Part shown: in pieces, positions 1 through 9,770 of the stretch
Position numbering within the stretch: the first letter of the stretch is position 1
Layout of the letters: the number at the start of each line of letters is the position of its first letter
Assembly (NCBI GenBank): GCA_965205975.1
Contig: OZ242195.1
Location: 2,240,001-2,304,000, forward strand
Direction: 5' to 3'
DNA length: 64,000 nucleotides
Source: Candidatus Latescibacterota bacterium
Lineage (GTDB): Bacteria > Latescibacterota > UBA2968
Program-made: the position numbers and the translations under genes
The notes under the pieces: model-generated
Databases searched by the model: none
The model's input: the letters and a program-made list of their open reading frames with translations, nothing else
Told to the model about the DNA's origin: nothing

Positions 1-1
1 T

Positions 2-880
2 ATTTTAGTACTCATCGACGACCCCAAAAAAGAAATTATCGAACCTCTCTTTGACGAAGGCCATCCCAAGATCGTCGATTTCGAACTCATGATGAATGGG
101 GGACACCTCAAATATCACTTAATCGACAATAAAAAAGACATCGCGCGTATTGCCCAAAAACTCGCCAAACGCATTGAACCCAATTACATCCATCAAAAGT
201 ACGGCGTCGGAAACGAAACACTCCTCTACGCCATGGGGGATGGCAACCACTCATTTGCCGCCGCGCAAAAAGCATGGAAAAAAATCAAATCAACACTCAA
301 TGATACACAACGCACAACACGACATCCGGCCAGACACGCCATGGTCGAATTGATCAACCTGCACGACGACGCGATAGATATAGAGCCAATCCACAGATTG
401 ATCACCCGCATTGATCCAAAGACCACATGCAACACCCTCGTCGCACTGCTCAACACATCGGGCACCCGGGCGCATCTGGAAAAAGTCTCATCGCCCGACG
501 CGCAACATCAGCGCACCGCAGCCCTATCATCTGCATCCACCCATTGCCTCCCCTATCGCGCCGCGGGAGACCTGGGCATACTCGTAATTGAAAACCCATC
601 CCAAAGAACCATACCCGAAACAATGGAAGCCGCGCTCGACCTGTTCACGCGAGAAAACACCGAAGCCGAAGTCGGATTTATCCACGGCGAAGACGTGATT
701 GACGACCTCGGCAACAAACCCGACGCCCTCGGCTTTTACATGCCACCCATTTCAAAGGACAGTGTCTTCGAATCTATCGTTCGTTACGGCGCCTATCCCC
801 GAAAATCCATATCCATCGGCCACGCCGACGAAAAGCGTTACTATATGGAATGCCGAAGCCTTATCCCTGCTAAACGATAA
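2..880 (+). CDS. DUF1015-family protein (5'-truncated by window edge)
   Basis: Frame is open from base 2. YAMGDGNHS motif, HRL motif and C-terminal PRKS.S.G...EKRYY.E are typical of DUF1015 proteins. Confidence 0.7.
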   Translation: MLVLIDDPKKEIIEPLFDEGHPKIVDFELMMNGGHLKYHLIDNKKDIARIAQKLAKRIEPNYIHQKYGVGNETLLYAMGDGNHSFAAAQKAWKKIKSTLNDTQRTTRHPARHAMVELINLHDDAIDIEPIHRLITRIDPKTTCNTLVALLNTSGTRAHLEKVSSPDAQHQRTAALSSASTHCLPYRAAGDLGILVIENPSQRTIPETMEAALDLFTRENTEAEVGFIHGEDVIDDLGNKPDALGFYMPPISKDSVFESIVRYGAYPRKSISIGHADEKRYYMECRSLIPAKR

Positions 881-920
881 TATATGATGATTTCAATTGC
901 AATTCAGATATAGGAGATAT

Positions 921-2162
921 ATGACTGAGATATACGACATGATCATTGTTGGCGCGGGACCAGCAGGCGCGACAGCGGCGTTATACGCCCATCGCGCGGG
1001 ACTCAATGTCTGTCTGGTGGATAAGGCGCGATTTCCGCGAGATAAAATCTGTGGTGATGCGCTATCGGGCAAAGTCGTGTCGATTTTACACGAACTCGAC
1101 TTATTCGATCAGATCGCGCGATTGCCTGGCGCGACCATTCGAGAAGTCGTATTTGGCAGCCCGAATCACGTGGATGCGCGTGTGGATTTGCGGCGGTATG
1201 ACCACCGGGATCAGGCCACGGGCAAAATACTGCCGATGGAAGGGTTTGTGATCCGGCGCGAGATACTGGATAATTTTCTCTTTGAAGAAGCCCAAAAAAT
1301 TGTACGCACCTGTTATGAGGGATTTGCCGTTAAAGACCTGATACTGGAAAACGAGCAAATTGTGGGCGTGCGCGGCGTGGTGGATGGCCGGGAACGCGAA
1401 ATACATGGCCGCGTCGTGCTCGGCTGCGATGGTTTTAATTCAATGGTCGCACGCAAAGCGGGATTGTACGCCCATGATGCCGTCCATTGGGTCGTAGCGA
1501 TTCGCTGTTATTACGAAAATGTGGCGGGTCTGGGGGATCAAATCGAGTTACATTTTGTGGATGAAGTCTTGCCTGGCTATTTCTGGATTTTCCCGCTGGA
1601 AAATGGGACGGCAAATGTGGGCATTGGCATGCGTCACGATGTATTGAAAAAGCGGCGTGTGGATTTAAAAGTAGCACTAAACGAAGTAATCAACCGCTCG
1701 CCTTATGCCCATCGGTTCAAAAATGCGCGTCCAACAGAAGACCCGGTGGGATGGAATCTGCCAGTGGGAAGTACTCGTCGAAAAAGTTATGGAAATGGCG
1801 TATTGCTTTTGGGCGATGCCGCGGGATTGATCGACCCCTTTACGGGCGAGGGAATTGGCAATGCACTGTATTCCGCGCGTTTCGCCGTAGATGCCGTGCA
1901 AGAAGCCATTGCAGCAGACAATTATTCAGCAGCTTTTCTAAGGCATTACGAAGACCGATTATGGGATGCAATAGGCGATGAATTGGCGACCAGCACGCGA
2001 ATGCAAAAATTGGGACAATGGCGTCCCCTCCTCAATTTTACCATCCACAAAGCCGCACACAACGACAAAGTGCGCGATCTAATCTGTGGCATGATGGCCA
2101 ATGCCGTCCCCAAAAAACAACTCACCAATCCCCTGTTTTATTTGAAACTGCTGTTTAGTTGA
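921..2162 (+). CDS. Geranylgeranyl reductase-family FAD-dependent oxidoreductase
   Basis: GAGPAG Rossmann motif, FPRDKICGD, GYFWIFP, LLGDAAGLIDPFTGEGI. ATG at 921 follows AGGAG. Confidence 0.85.
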   Translation: MTEIYDMIIVGAGPAGATAALYAHRAGLNVCLVDKARFPRDKICGDALSGKVVSILHELDLFDQIARLPGATIREVVFGSPNHVDARVDLRRYDHRDQATGKILPMEGFVIRREILDNFLFEEAQKIVRTCYEGFAVKDLILENEQIVGVRGVVDGREREIHGRVVLGCDGFNSMVARKAGLYAHDAVHWVVAIRCYYENVAGLGDQIELHFVDEVLPGYFWIFPLENGTANVGIGMRHDVLKKRRVDLKVALNEVINRSPYAHRFKNARPTEDPVGWNLPVGSTRRKSYGNGVLLLGDAAGLIDPFTGEGIGNALYSARFAVDAVQEAIAADNYSAAFLRHYEDRLWDAIGDELATSTRMQKLGQWRPLLNFTIHKAAHNDKVRDLICGMMANAVPKKQLTNPLFYLKLLFS

Positions 2163-2181
2163 ACCATTTGTATTCTCAGGT

Positions 2182-2366
2182 AACGTCATGTGTGACTTCA
2201 AGATCAGTGGCCAATTAGCCCTGTCATTCTGAGCGGAGCGCAGCGGAGTCGAAGAATCTGCTGCCTCAACGGCGTTTATGGGTAACAGATGCTTCGTCAG
2301 CCTATCGGCTTCCTCAGCATGACATGGTGTAGTAGCACATTTACTTTTAAAGTCACACATCGCGTT
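2182..2366. mobile_element. MITE-like element with internal REP-like hairpin
   Basis: 22-bp terminal inverted repeats AACGTCATGTGTGACTTCAAGA / TTTTAAAGTCACACATCGCGTT (18/22). Flanking direct repeat TCTCAGGT (2174-2181 and 2367-2374). Internal stems TGTCATTCTGAG/CTCAGCATGACA and CGAAGAATCTG/CAGATGCTTCG. Confidence 0.75.
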
Positions 2367-2385
2367 TCTCAGGTAATGAAAAACC

Positions 2386-3900
2386 ATGAAACGAATTTTA
2401 ATATGCTGGATCGGCAACACAGACTTGCTAGCCTCTGAAGGGGAAGATGTAGGTGTGGGACCTATCGCTCAGGCACTGGACAAGCGCGAATTTGACGAGG
2501 TCTTTTTCATCTCAGATTATGAAGATACCCGCGTAAAGCCTTACATCAACTGGATAAAAAAAAGAGTCCCAACACCACACAAACTATTTTATCGACAACT
2601 TTCAAGCCCCACCCACTTTGGAGAAATTTACGAGATTGCCGCAAGCGTCTGTCAGGAAGCCCTAAACCAATATGGTGATCAAACAGAACTGACCTTCCAC
2701 CTCAGCCCCGGCACGCCAGCAATGGCCGCGGTATGGATCATCTTGTCGAAAACGCGCTTTCCCGCTGAATTGATTGAATCCTCAAGAGCGCACGGCGTTC
2801 AAACCACCTCTGTTCCCTTCGATATTTCTGCAGAATTTTTGCCGACCCTCCTGCAAAAGCCCGATGCAGAACTCCGCTCATTAAACGAAGAAAAGCCCAC
2901 AGAATCAGCGAACTTTGGAGACATAATATACAGAAGCCCAGTCATAGCTCGCGTGGTCAAAAAAGCGCGACGTGCTGCCGTGCGAGATATTCCCGTCTTA
3001 TTCGAAGGGGAATCTGGCACGGGAAAAGAACTCTTTGCACGCGCCATTCACCAGAACAGTCCGCGAAAAGAGGGACCATTTATCGCCGTAAATTGCGGTG
3101 CAATTCCCCCCAATCTCGTGGAATCTGAACTGTTTGGGCACAAGGGAGGTGTGTTCACAGGTGCCCCTGATGATCGCAAAGGCCACTTTGAAGAGGCAAA
3201 TAAAGGCACCATCTTTTTGGATGAAATTGGCGAATTGCCCAAAGATATACAGGTAACAATATTGCGCGTCTTACAAGAAGGAGAGGTCGTGCGACTCGGT
3301 GAATCCAAACCCAGAAAAGTAGATGTACGCATTGTTGCGGCGACAAACCGGAATCTCATTGAGGAAGTTGGTGAAGGACGGTTCCGCGAGGACCTGTTCT
3401 ATCGGCTTGTAGTAGCCTATCTCAAATTGCCCCCACTGCGCGAACGCGAGGGAGATATGGGGCTGTTGATTGACCATTCGCTCGAATTGATTAACCAGGA
3501 GAATGAAACGCAACCCGGCTACAAACATAAAAAAATTTCCGCTGGCGCAAGAAATCTTATCTTCAATTACCATTGGCCCGGCAATATACGCGAGTTACAA
3601 AACACGCTCAGACGCGCAATGGTGTGGACAGATGGAGAAACTCTTACACGACAGGACATTGAAGAAGCCCTCTTACCTCCGTTTGGAAAACGAGATGACG
3701 GTATCCTGAATCGCCCTCTGGATGCGAATTTCAGCTTGCCCGATCTGATTGATGAAGTTGCAAAACACTATCTTAATCGCGCTTTACAAGAATCAAAAAC
3801 AAAAAAAGAAGCCGCCGAACTCGTTGGCCTACCCAGTTACCAGACCCTCGCCAACTGGGCAAAAAAATACGGCGTAGCAATTGAAAAAAAAAGAAAATAG
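2386..3900 (+). CDS. Sigma54-dependent enhancer-binding protein with N-terminal RtcR/CARF-like sensor domain
   Basis: Walker A GESGTGKE, ESELFGH, GVFTGA (GAFTGA variant), FLDEIG, FREDLFYRL, WPGNIREL and a C-terminal HTH. N-terminal MKRILICWIGNTD...HLSPGTPAM resembles RtcR-type CARF domains. Confidence 0.85.
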   Translation: MKRILICWIGNTDLLASEGEDVGVGPIAQALDKREFDEVFFISDYEDTRVKPYINWIKKRVPTPHKLFYRQLSSPTHFGEIYEIAASVCQEALNQYGDQTELTFHLSPGTPAMAAVWIILSKTRFPAELIESSRAHGVQTTSVPFDISAEFLPTLLQKPDAELRSLNEEKPTESANFGDIIYRSPVIARVVKKARRAAVRDIPVLFEGESGTGKELFARAIHQNSPRKEGPFIAVNCGAIPPNLVESELFGHKGGVFTGAPDDRKGHFEEANKGTIFLDEIGELPKDIQVTILRVLQEGEVVRLGESKPRKVDVRIVAATNRNLIEEVGEGRFREDLFYRLVVAYLKLPPLREREGDMGLLIDHSLELINQENETQPGYKHKKISAGARNLIFNYHWPGNIRELQNTLRRAMVWTDGETLTRQDIEEALLPPFGKRDDGILNRPLDANFSLPDLIDEVAKHYLNRALQESKTKKEAAELVGLPSYQTLANWAKKYGVAIEKKRK

Positions 3901-3936
3901 AAAAATTTTTAAAAAAATATCCAATTTTAGCGTGTA

Positions 3937-3953
3937 TTGGCACGAAATATGCA
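3937..3953 (+). promoter_or_regulatory. Sigma54 (-24/-12) promoter
   Basis: TTGGCACGAAATATGCA versus consensus YTGGCACG-N4-TTGCW with correct GG-to-GC spacing. Lies just downstream of the sigma54 activator and points into the ATPase array. Confidence 0.8.
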
Positions 3954-4042
3954 TGAACAATGGGCGTGACAGCGACGCGGACTCCCGTCACCTGAAAGAA
4001 TTTCTTGACAAAACTGATGTGTTAGCGAAAAAATCAGTATGC

Positions 4043-4141
4043 TGACCCATTCCAAATCGTAGAAAGTTGGATATTCCCAAAATTTGTCAACCTCAAGTGT
4101 TTCAGACAAGCCTGAACGTTTTTTTCACCTTGTGAGAAATT
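4043..4141 (+). repeat. Conserved cassette leader, copy 1
   Basis: 99 bp, colinear and about 90% identical with 6915-7013. Last 75 bp match 9771-9845. Ends at the ATPase ATG. Confidence 0.9.
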
Positions 4142-5860
4142 ATGGCTATTACATCTATCACCATTGAGAACTTCAAGGGCATTGGCGATGCCGTGACCAT
4201 TCCCATTCGCCCCGTCACCTTGTTGTTTGGTAAAAACAACTCGGGCAAGTCAACAGTGTTGCAGGCATTGCGTTATTTACGCAAAATTTACGAATGCGAA
4301 TATCTAAAATTTGAAGAAAAGTTAGAGGCATTACAAGATCAAGAAAGAGGCGAATCAAAATTGGAGGCCCACTACTCTCTACTCACTTTGTTGCAGGAGT
4401 TACCCAATCTTCGTACCCACCTCAGTACTCGTAATTTTCGCGAAATTCAAAAAATTATATCGCAAGAGATATTAAATCTTGATCTATCCAACTTTGACTC
4501 CCTACGCGACAAAGCTCTAAAATCCATGCAAGAAGAATTCTACTCAACATACGTTGAGCTTGCCTCAGAAGACGATTTTCTTAACGAAGATTCCGATTAT
4601 GGGGAATATGGAGAAATCAATCCAGATCACTTTACTGCGTTGGGGAATTTTTCATCCCTTGTGCATCGCCATGAGTTAGATCGGAAAATTCGAATTCGTC
4701 TTGAATTTGACATAAAACCCGAACAATTGACAAGTTCGAATAGTATTTTGCATCGTGCTATAAGGCCGGAGGAAGTGACGAATCCAAAGTCCGCGTGGAT
4801 AGAAATGATAACAGGTTGGGACGAAAAACAAGGGATTATTTATCTCGATTCATACAAGTACGCTTTGAACGGCGTAGAATGGATTTGTCTTACACCAATG
4901 GATAGACCATTACCTGATAAAGACAGATGGAATTATGAAAGGCGGTTTACAGACCTAAACATATATTCAAATCCTAATCATCCGTTCACAGTCACCCAGG
5001 CAATTGAGTTTGGTCTGAGTCAAAGTGAATTTCTGAAAGATTTCTCTTGGCTTCTCGGCACTGATAGTAGTGAGGGTAAAAAATTGGGTTTGAGCGAAAG
5101 TAATAAAAAAAAGATACGATCTTGGTTGGAGGCACATGAGAGCGAAGATATCGTAAAGAATATAGTTGAAGAATTACATCGCATTTTGGGAGAATTATGT
5201 GATATACAACATTTAGGACCTGTGCGAGATATTCCACGTCGGGATTATGCCCCATACTCATATGAAGAATTGCGATGGGCAACAGGACTACAGGCATGGG
5301 ATGTACTGGTAGGAAAACCTCAATTGGTCAAAAAGATAAACCAATATATGAAAAATTTAGCTCTTGGATATAGCTTCAAGCTATCTGAAGACCGCAAACA
5401 GAGGATGCAACTTTATGATGAGACCCATAAAATATACCTTCATCCCTTAGATATCGGTTTTGGTATCTCTCAAGTTATTCCAGTCGTGGTCGGTGCGTTA
5501 GATGACACATCTCAGATTTTCGCGGTTGAACAACCAGAGCTTCACGTTCACCCTGCCGTTCAAGTGGCTTTAGGCGATGTGTTCATTGATGGCATACAAA
5601 ACAGCAATCGCACTATCCTCATTGAAACGCATTCAGAGCACTTGCTACTGAGGATTATGAGGCGGATGCGTGAGACTTTTGAAGATAGGATTGAAGAAAA
5701 TCGTTTCCCTATAACCCCCGATGATATTGCCGTGCTATTCGTCGAATGGCATGATTCGCAAACAATCATACGAGAAATGCCTGTTAATGAACGCGGAGAA
5801 TTGGTAAAAGCCTGGCCGGGCGGTTTCTTTGAAGAAGATATAGAAGAGGTATTTGCTTAA
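4142..5860 (+). CDS. ABC/AAA-type ATPase (AAA_15/AAA_21 with DUF3696-like C-terminus), cassette 1
   Basis: ITIENFK, Walker A GKNNSGKS, signature IGFGISQ, AVEQPELHVHP, IETHSEH, C-terminal WPGGFF. Confidence 0.85.
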   Translation: MAITSITIENFKGIGDAVTIPIRPVTLLFGKNNSGKSTVLQALRYLRKIYECEYLKFEEKLEALQDQERGESKLEAHYSLLTLLQELPNLRTHLSTRNFREIQKIISQEILNLDLSNFDSLRDKALKSMQEEFYSTYVELASEDDFLNEDSDYGEYGEINPDHFTALGNFSSLVHRHELDRKIRIRLEFDIKPEQLTSSNSILHRAIRPEEVTNPKSAWIEMITGWDEKQGIIYLDSYKYALNGVEWICLTPMDRPLPDKDRWNYERRFTDLNIYSNPNHPFTVTQAIEFGLSQSEFLKDFSWLLGTDSSEGKKLGLSESNKKKIRSWLEAHESEDIVKNIVEELHRILGELCDIQHLGPVRDIPRRDYAPYSYEELRWATGLQAWDVLVGKPQLVKKINQYMKNLALGYSFKLSEDRKQRMQLYDETHKIYLHPLDIGFGISQVIPVVVGALDDTSQIFAVEQPELHVHPAVQVALGDVFIDGIQNSNRTILIETHSEHLLLRIMRRMRETFEDRIEENRFPITPDDIAVLFVEWHDSQTIIREMPVNERGELVKAWPGGFFEEDIEEVFA

Positions 5861-6813
5861 TGGCTTTATTTTCTGAGTATGCTGTAACACCTGATGTATT
5901 CAATGAGAGTTGTTATGATTCTCCGGCATTGTGTGACGTACATTTTAAACAATTGCTGGAAGTTTTTTTGAGTGAAGGGCTCGTTCGAAATCTTCGCAAT
6001 GGCGAATGGCAAGCGTTCTTTTCAACCCATGCAAGACCCTGGCACGGCCGTACAAAGCATATTTTGAAAAATTTGATAGATGCTGGTCGTTTGGTACCAA
6101 GTGACCCAGCATCAAGTCACACTCCTCAGACTGATCGTGGATGGTGCAACGAGGCGTTAGAGTCACATAAAACCATACCTTTGAATGGCATTATAGTAAG
6201 CGATGACATTCAAAGGACCTATCGCAGAAATCAGTTGGTTGAAAGTGTGAGCAGACTATCGCAATCTACCTGCGCGTGGTGGGAACCCACAAATAGTTCG
6301 CTTCGATTAGAACGTACTATCAGTCAGTATATAGACGCTCTTAAACTGATTCTCAAACACGCTAAATCCATTATGTTTATCGACCCCAATATCGATCCGG
6401 CAAAGAACAACTATGCTGATTTTGTACAATTACTTGAAGCAGCAGGTAATAGACCATCACAATCACCCCAGCCACTCGTTGAGATACACCGCAAAAGTCT
6501 TCGCGGCTCTGGGAAAAATGCTCCTGTATGGGATCAACAAGATATGGAGAATACATTTCGAACCGAATTTGGCCCAGTTCTTTCGCAGTCAAACTTAAAA
6601 GCAGAAGTCTTTATATGGGATGATTTTCATGATCGTTATCTGATCAGCAATTTAGGGGGAATACTGGTCCCCTATGGATTTGACACGTCAAGCAAGCCTG
6701 ATGACTTAACTACCTGGTCACGACTTGGACGATCAGATCGAGATGATGTACAGCGCGAATTTGCTCGCGAGAGTAATAAACACAAACTGCAGTTTAATTT
6801 TACTATACCGTGA
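5860..6813 (+). CDS. Hypothetical protein with PLD-like (MIT_C-type HDR) domain, cassette 1 partner
   Basis: TAATG overlap with the ATPase. IMFIDPN and FHDRYLISNLGG motifs are shared with the other two partners. Confidence 0.6.
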   Translation: MALFSEYAVTPDVFNESCYDSPALCDVHFKQLLEVFLSEGLVRNLRNGEWQAFFSTHARPWHGRTKHILKNLIDAGRLVPSDPASSHTPQTDRGWCNEALESHKTIPLNGIIVSDDIQRTYRRNQLVESVSRLSQSTCAWWEPTNSSLRLERTISQYIDALKLILKHAKSIMFIDPNIDPAKNNYADFVQLLEAAGNRPSQSPQPLVEIHRKSLRGSGKNAPVWDQQDMENTFRTEFGPVLSQSNLKAEVFIWDDFHDRYLISNLGGILVPYGFDTSSKPDDLTTWSRLGRSDRDDVQREFARESNKHKLQFNFTIP

Positions 6814-6914
6814 AATAGATACCTGACCGAACAATGGCTTGAAGGCGTCCGGGACCAATTGTATTTTTTATTTCACTACTCCCCGACTTTATAGGGTAAC
6901 ATTGATTGGTTTGT

Positions 6915-7013
6915 TGACCCATTCCTAATCGGAGAGAGTTGGATATTCCAAAAGTTTGTCAACCTCAAGCGTTTCGGACAAACCTGAACATTTTTTTCAG
7001 CTTGTGAGAAATC
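6915..7013 (+). repeat. Conserved cassette leader, copy 2
   Basis: Colinear with 4043-4141. Confidence 0.9.
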
Positions 7014-8720
7014 ATGGCTATTACATCTATCACCATTGAAAATTTCAAAGGCATCGGCGATAAAGCCGTGACGATTCCCCTTCGCCCCATCACCTTATTA
7101 TTTGGCAAAAACAGCGCGGGCAAGTCAACAGTGTTGCAGGCAATGCGCTATTTACGTGAAATATACGAAAGTCTGAAAATTGAAGAACCATTGCCGGAAA
7201 TGCGTGATCGCGAAAAAAACGAAGATATGGAACTTGAGCCAAGGTTGCGTAAAATTTATAAACTACATGACCGGTTGAAAGCAGCGCACTTTTTATATTT
7301 AGACGACCCATCTAACTATAGTAAAATTTCAAGTTCTGTACAAAAAATTATATCAGAAGATATATCAAATATATCGCAGACTGATCCTCTAGACTTTGAA
7401 TCTCTACGTGGCGAAGCTCTAAAATTCCTACAAACAGTAGAAGATGATATAGATGATTGGGTAGATGATTGGATAGATGATTGGGTAGATAAAAAAGGAG
7501 TAAGTGATCTAGACCACCTTACTAAGTTGGGCGATTTTCATTCTCTGGTACATTGCCAGGATCTGAGTCGGAAAATTCGAATTCGTCTTGAATTTGACAT
7601 AAAATCCGAACAATTGGAAAATTTGAACGATATTTTGAATCTTGCGATGAAATCGATGAAGGGAACAAATCCGGAGTCCGCCTGGATAGAAATGATAACA
7701 GGTTGGGACAAAAAACATCAGAAAGTCTATCTTGATTCATATACGTATGCTTTGAACGGCGAAGAGTGGATTTGTCTCACGATGAACAGATCCAGGCAAG
7801 ATGAAGCGGAATGGAATCATGAAGGGCAGTTTATAAATTTAGACATATATTCAAAGAATTTCGGCTTGAGTGAATGGATGAAAGACCTCTCTTGGCTTCT
7901 CGGCACTAATAATAGTGAGGGTAAAAAATTCGGCCTGAATGAAAGTAAGGTAAAAAATATAAGGCCTTGGTTGAAGCAGTGTGTATTCGAAGATAGATCA
8001 AAGGGTATACTAAAAAATTTGCATAATATTGTACTCGGAGCATTGAAGGACATACGATATTTAGGGCCAGTGCGAGGTGTGCCACGTCGCACTGGCGACT
8101 CATCAGATGGGTCCGAAGATCCAAAGGGATTATGGGCCTGGCGTGATCTTAAACAAGATCCTCAATTGCTGAAAAAGACAAATCACTATATAAAAAAGTT
8201 AGCCCTTGGATACAGCATCAGGCAACCTAAAGATGACGATCATGAGGTTCAACTTTATGATGAAACTCATAAGATATACCTCCATCCCTTAGATGTTGGC
8301 TTTGGCATCTCTCAGGTCATTCCAGTTATGGTCGGTGTGTTAGATGACACGTCTCATATTTTTGCAGTTGAACAGCCAGAGCTTCACGTTCACCCTGCCC
8401 TTCAAGTCGCTTTGGGCGACTTATTCATTGACGGCATAAAAAACAGCAATCGCACCCTGCTTATTGAAACGCATTCTGAGCACTTGATGTTGCGATTGCT
8501 GCGGCGCGTGCGTGAAACAACCCGTCGTAGCAGACGCCGCCAGACCACCGACTTAGAACAGACAGCTCACGAATTGACACCTAATGACCTTTCTGTGGTC
8601 TATGTTCGGCCAACGCCAGCAGGCGTTAAATTCACGCCACTCACTGTAACGAATGACGGTGATTTTGATGCACCATGGCCAGAAGGCTTTTTCGAAGAAC
8701 GTGATTCGGAGTTGTTTTAA
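7014..8720 (+). CDS. ABC/AAA-type ATPase (DUF3696-like), cassette 2
   Basis: GKNSAGKS, VGFGISQ, AVEQPELHVHP, IETHSEH, WPEGFF. Paralog of 4142-5860. Confidence 0.85.
   Translation: MAITSITIENFKGIGDKAVTIPLRPITLLFGKNSAGKSTVLQAMRYLREIYESLKIEEPLPEMRDREKNEDMELEPRLRKIYKLHDRLKAAHFLYLDDPSNYSKISSSVQKIISEDISNISQTDPLDFESLRGEALKFLQTVEDDIDDWVDDWIDDWVDKKGVSDLDHLTKLGDFHSLVHCQDLSRKIRIRLEFDIKSEQLENLNDILNLAMKSMKGTNPESAWIEMITGWDKKHQKVYLDSYTYALNGEEWICLTMNRSRQDEAEWNHEGQFINLDIYSKNFGLSEWMKDLSWLLGTNNSEGKKFGLNESKVKNIRPWLKQCVFEDRSKGILKNLHNIVLGALKDIRYLGPVRGVPRRTGDSSDGSEDPKGLWAWRDLKQDPQLLKKTNHYIKKLALGYSIRQPKDDDHEVQLYDETHKIYLHPLDVGFGISQVIPVMVGVLDDTSHIFAVEQPELHVHPALQVALGDLFIDGIKNSNRTLLIETHSEHLMLRLLRRVRETTRRSRRRQTTDLEQTAHELTPNDLSVVYVRPTPAGVKFTPLTVTNDGDFDAPWPEGFFEERDSELF
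7443..7490 (+). repeat. 12-bp in-frame tandem repeat (DDIDDWVDDWIDDWVD)
   Basis: GATGATTGGRTA x3 preceded by GATGATATA. Confidence 0.85.
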
Positions 8721-8722
8721 TT

Positions 8723-9706
8723 ATGCTGAATATTTTTGCTATTGATCCCAAAATATGTCAAAATTTGGAGTGGTTTCGATATTGCACGGAGCACTGTCAG
8801 CCGTCACAAGGACGTGCAATTGCAGATTTACCGTATGACCAATGGTATGAAAATGCGTTTGCGATCATTCAAGACCTTCAACTTCCTCCTATGGAAGAAA
8901 AAAGCCTGAAAAGGCGTCTGGATCTGGTGCGAGCACAACTGGTAAATCGTCCAAGAACTGATTGGACAGATTGGTATTATGATGATTTTTCAAAATTTCC
9001 CTGGATTGCCGAAGTAGAGAAGGAGCATCAGCGAGCGCGTTTTTCTGCCGTTGTCAGCCCTGATTACGAGGGGGCTGATGATACGGAACTCAAGTATCAT
9101 CCTGATGAACTCAATAGAACCGTAGAGGCCTAGAATACTCCCAGTGGCGTTTCAATTACGCGCAGCCCTGGAGACTTCGTAAATGCCATTCTGCCAATGC
9201 TTCGGATTGCTCGGAATATTCACTTTTTGGATCGATATTTTAACGTGGACAGTAACAGTTCATTTACCCAAAATTACACGCAGATGATCCAGGATTTAGC
9301 CTCATATTGTGATTCCTTTCCATCACTGACAATCCATTGCTGCCCAGACGAAAATGATACGCCTGATTCACGTTACTTTGAAAATGAACTGAATAAGCAC
9401 TACGCGTCCTTAATACCAACAGGAAAATCTGTAAAGGTTCTTTTGTGGCAAACAAATCAAGATGCCCAAATAGAAAGAGGTGCTCATCCCTTTCACAATC
9501 GCTATGTGCTATCTAATCATTGCGGTGTCATTGCGGGATATGGTACGGATAGTGCAAAAGCACCGACTGATGCACCAGATGTCCTTCAGATTGTTGACCA
9601 CAAAATATATTTAGAAATGTGGAATCAAATTCGGGATGAAACATTTCCTATGATCCACATTGAGGAGGAAAACAAGTTTGTGATTAACGGTACTAAAAGC
9701 GCGTGA
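8723..9706 (+). pseudogene. PLD-like partner of cassette 2, interrupted by in-frame TAG at 9131-9133
   Basis: ORFs 8723-9133 and 9197-9706 are in the same frame with an open linker (NTPSGVSITR...). The stop aligns with the Trp of paralogs (AWDDPPSS, AWWEPTNSS), consistent with TGG>TAG. IHFLDRYF and FHNRYVL motifs present. Confidence 0.8.
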
Positions 9707-9739
9707 TTAACAGCGTATAATACGATACCGAAAAATTGA

Positions 9740-9765
9740 GACCTGTCATAAACGACGGGCTGCAA
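9740..9765 (+). repeat. Truncated copy of the array terminator 5' arm
   Basis: GACCTGTCATAAACGACGGGCTGCAA is 22/26 identical to 12039-12064. Confidence 0.75.
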
Positions 9766-9770
9766 TTGTT

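Noticed and set aside
921..2162. Geranylgeranyl-reductase-family gene as part of the sterol module
   Set aside because: It is 18 kb away, outside the direct repeats, and has host-like composition.
4046..4135. Possible short peptide frame in the leader (PIPNRRKLDIPKICQPQVFQTSLNVFFTL*) and antisense ORFs 3927-4109 / 9625-9813
   Set aside because: No conserved start codon, copy 3 has an internal stop, and only 3 of 10 differences between copies 1 and 2 are synonymous, which is no better than chance.
9131..9133. TAG as pyrrolysine or genetic-code reassignment
   Set aside because: Many genes in the window end in TAG, and the position aligns with Trp, so a point mutation is simpler.
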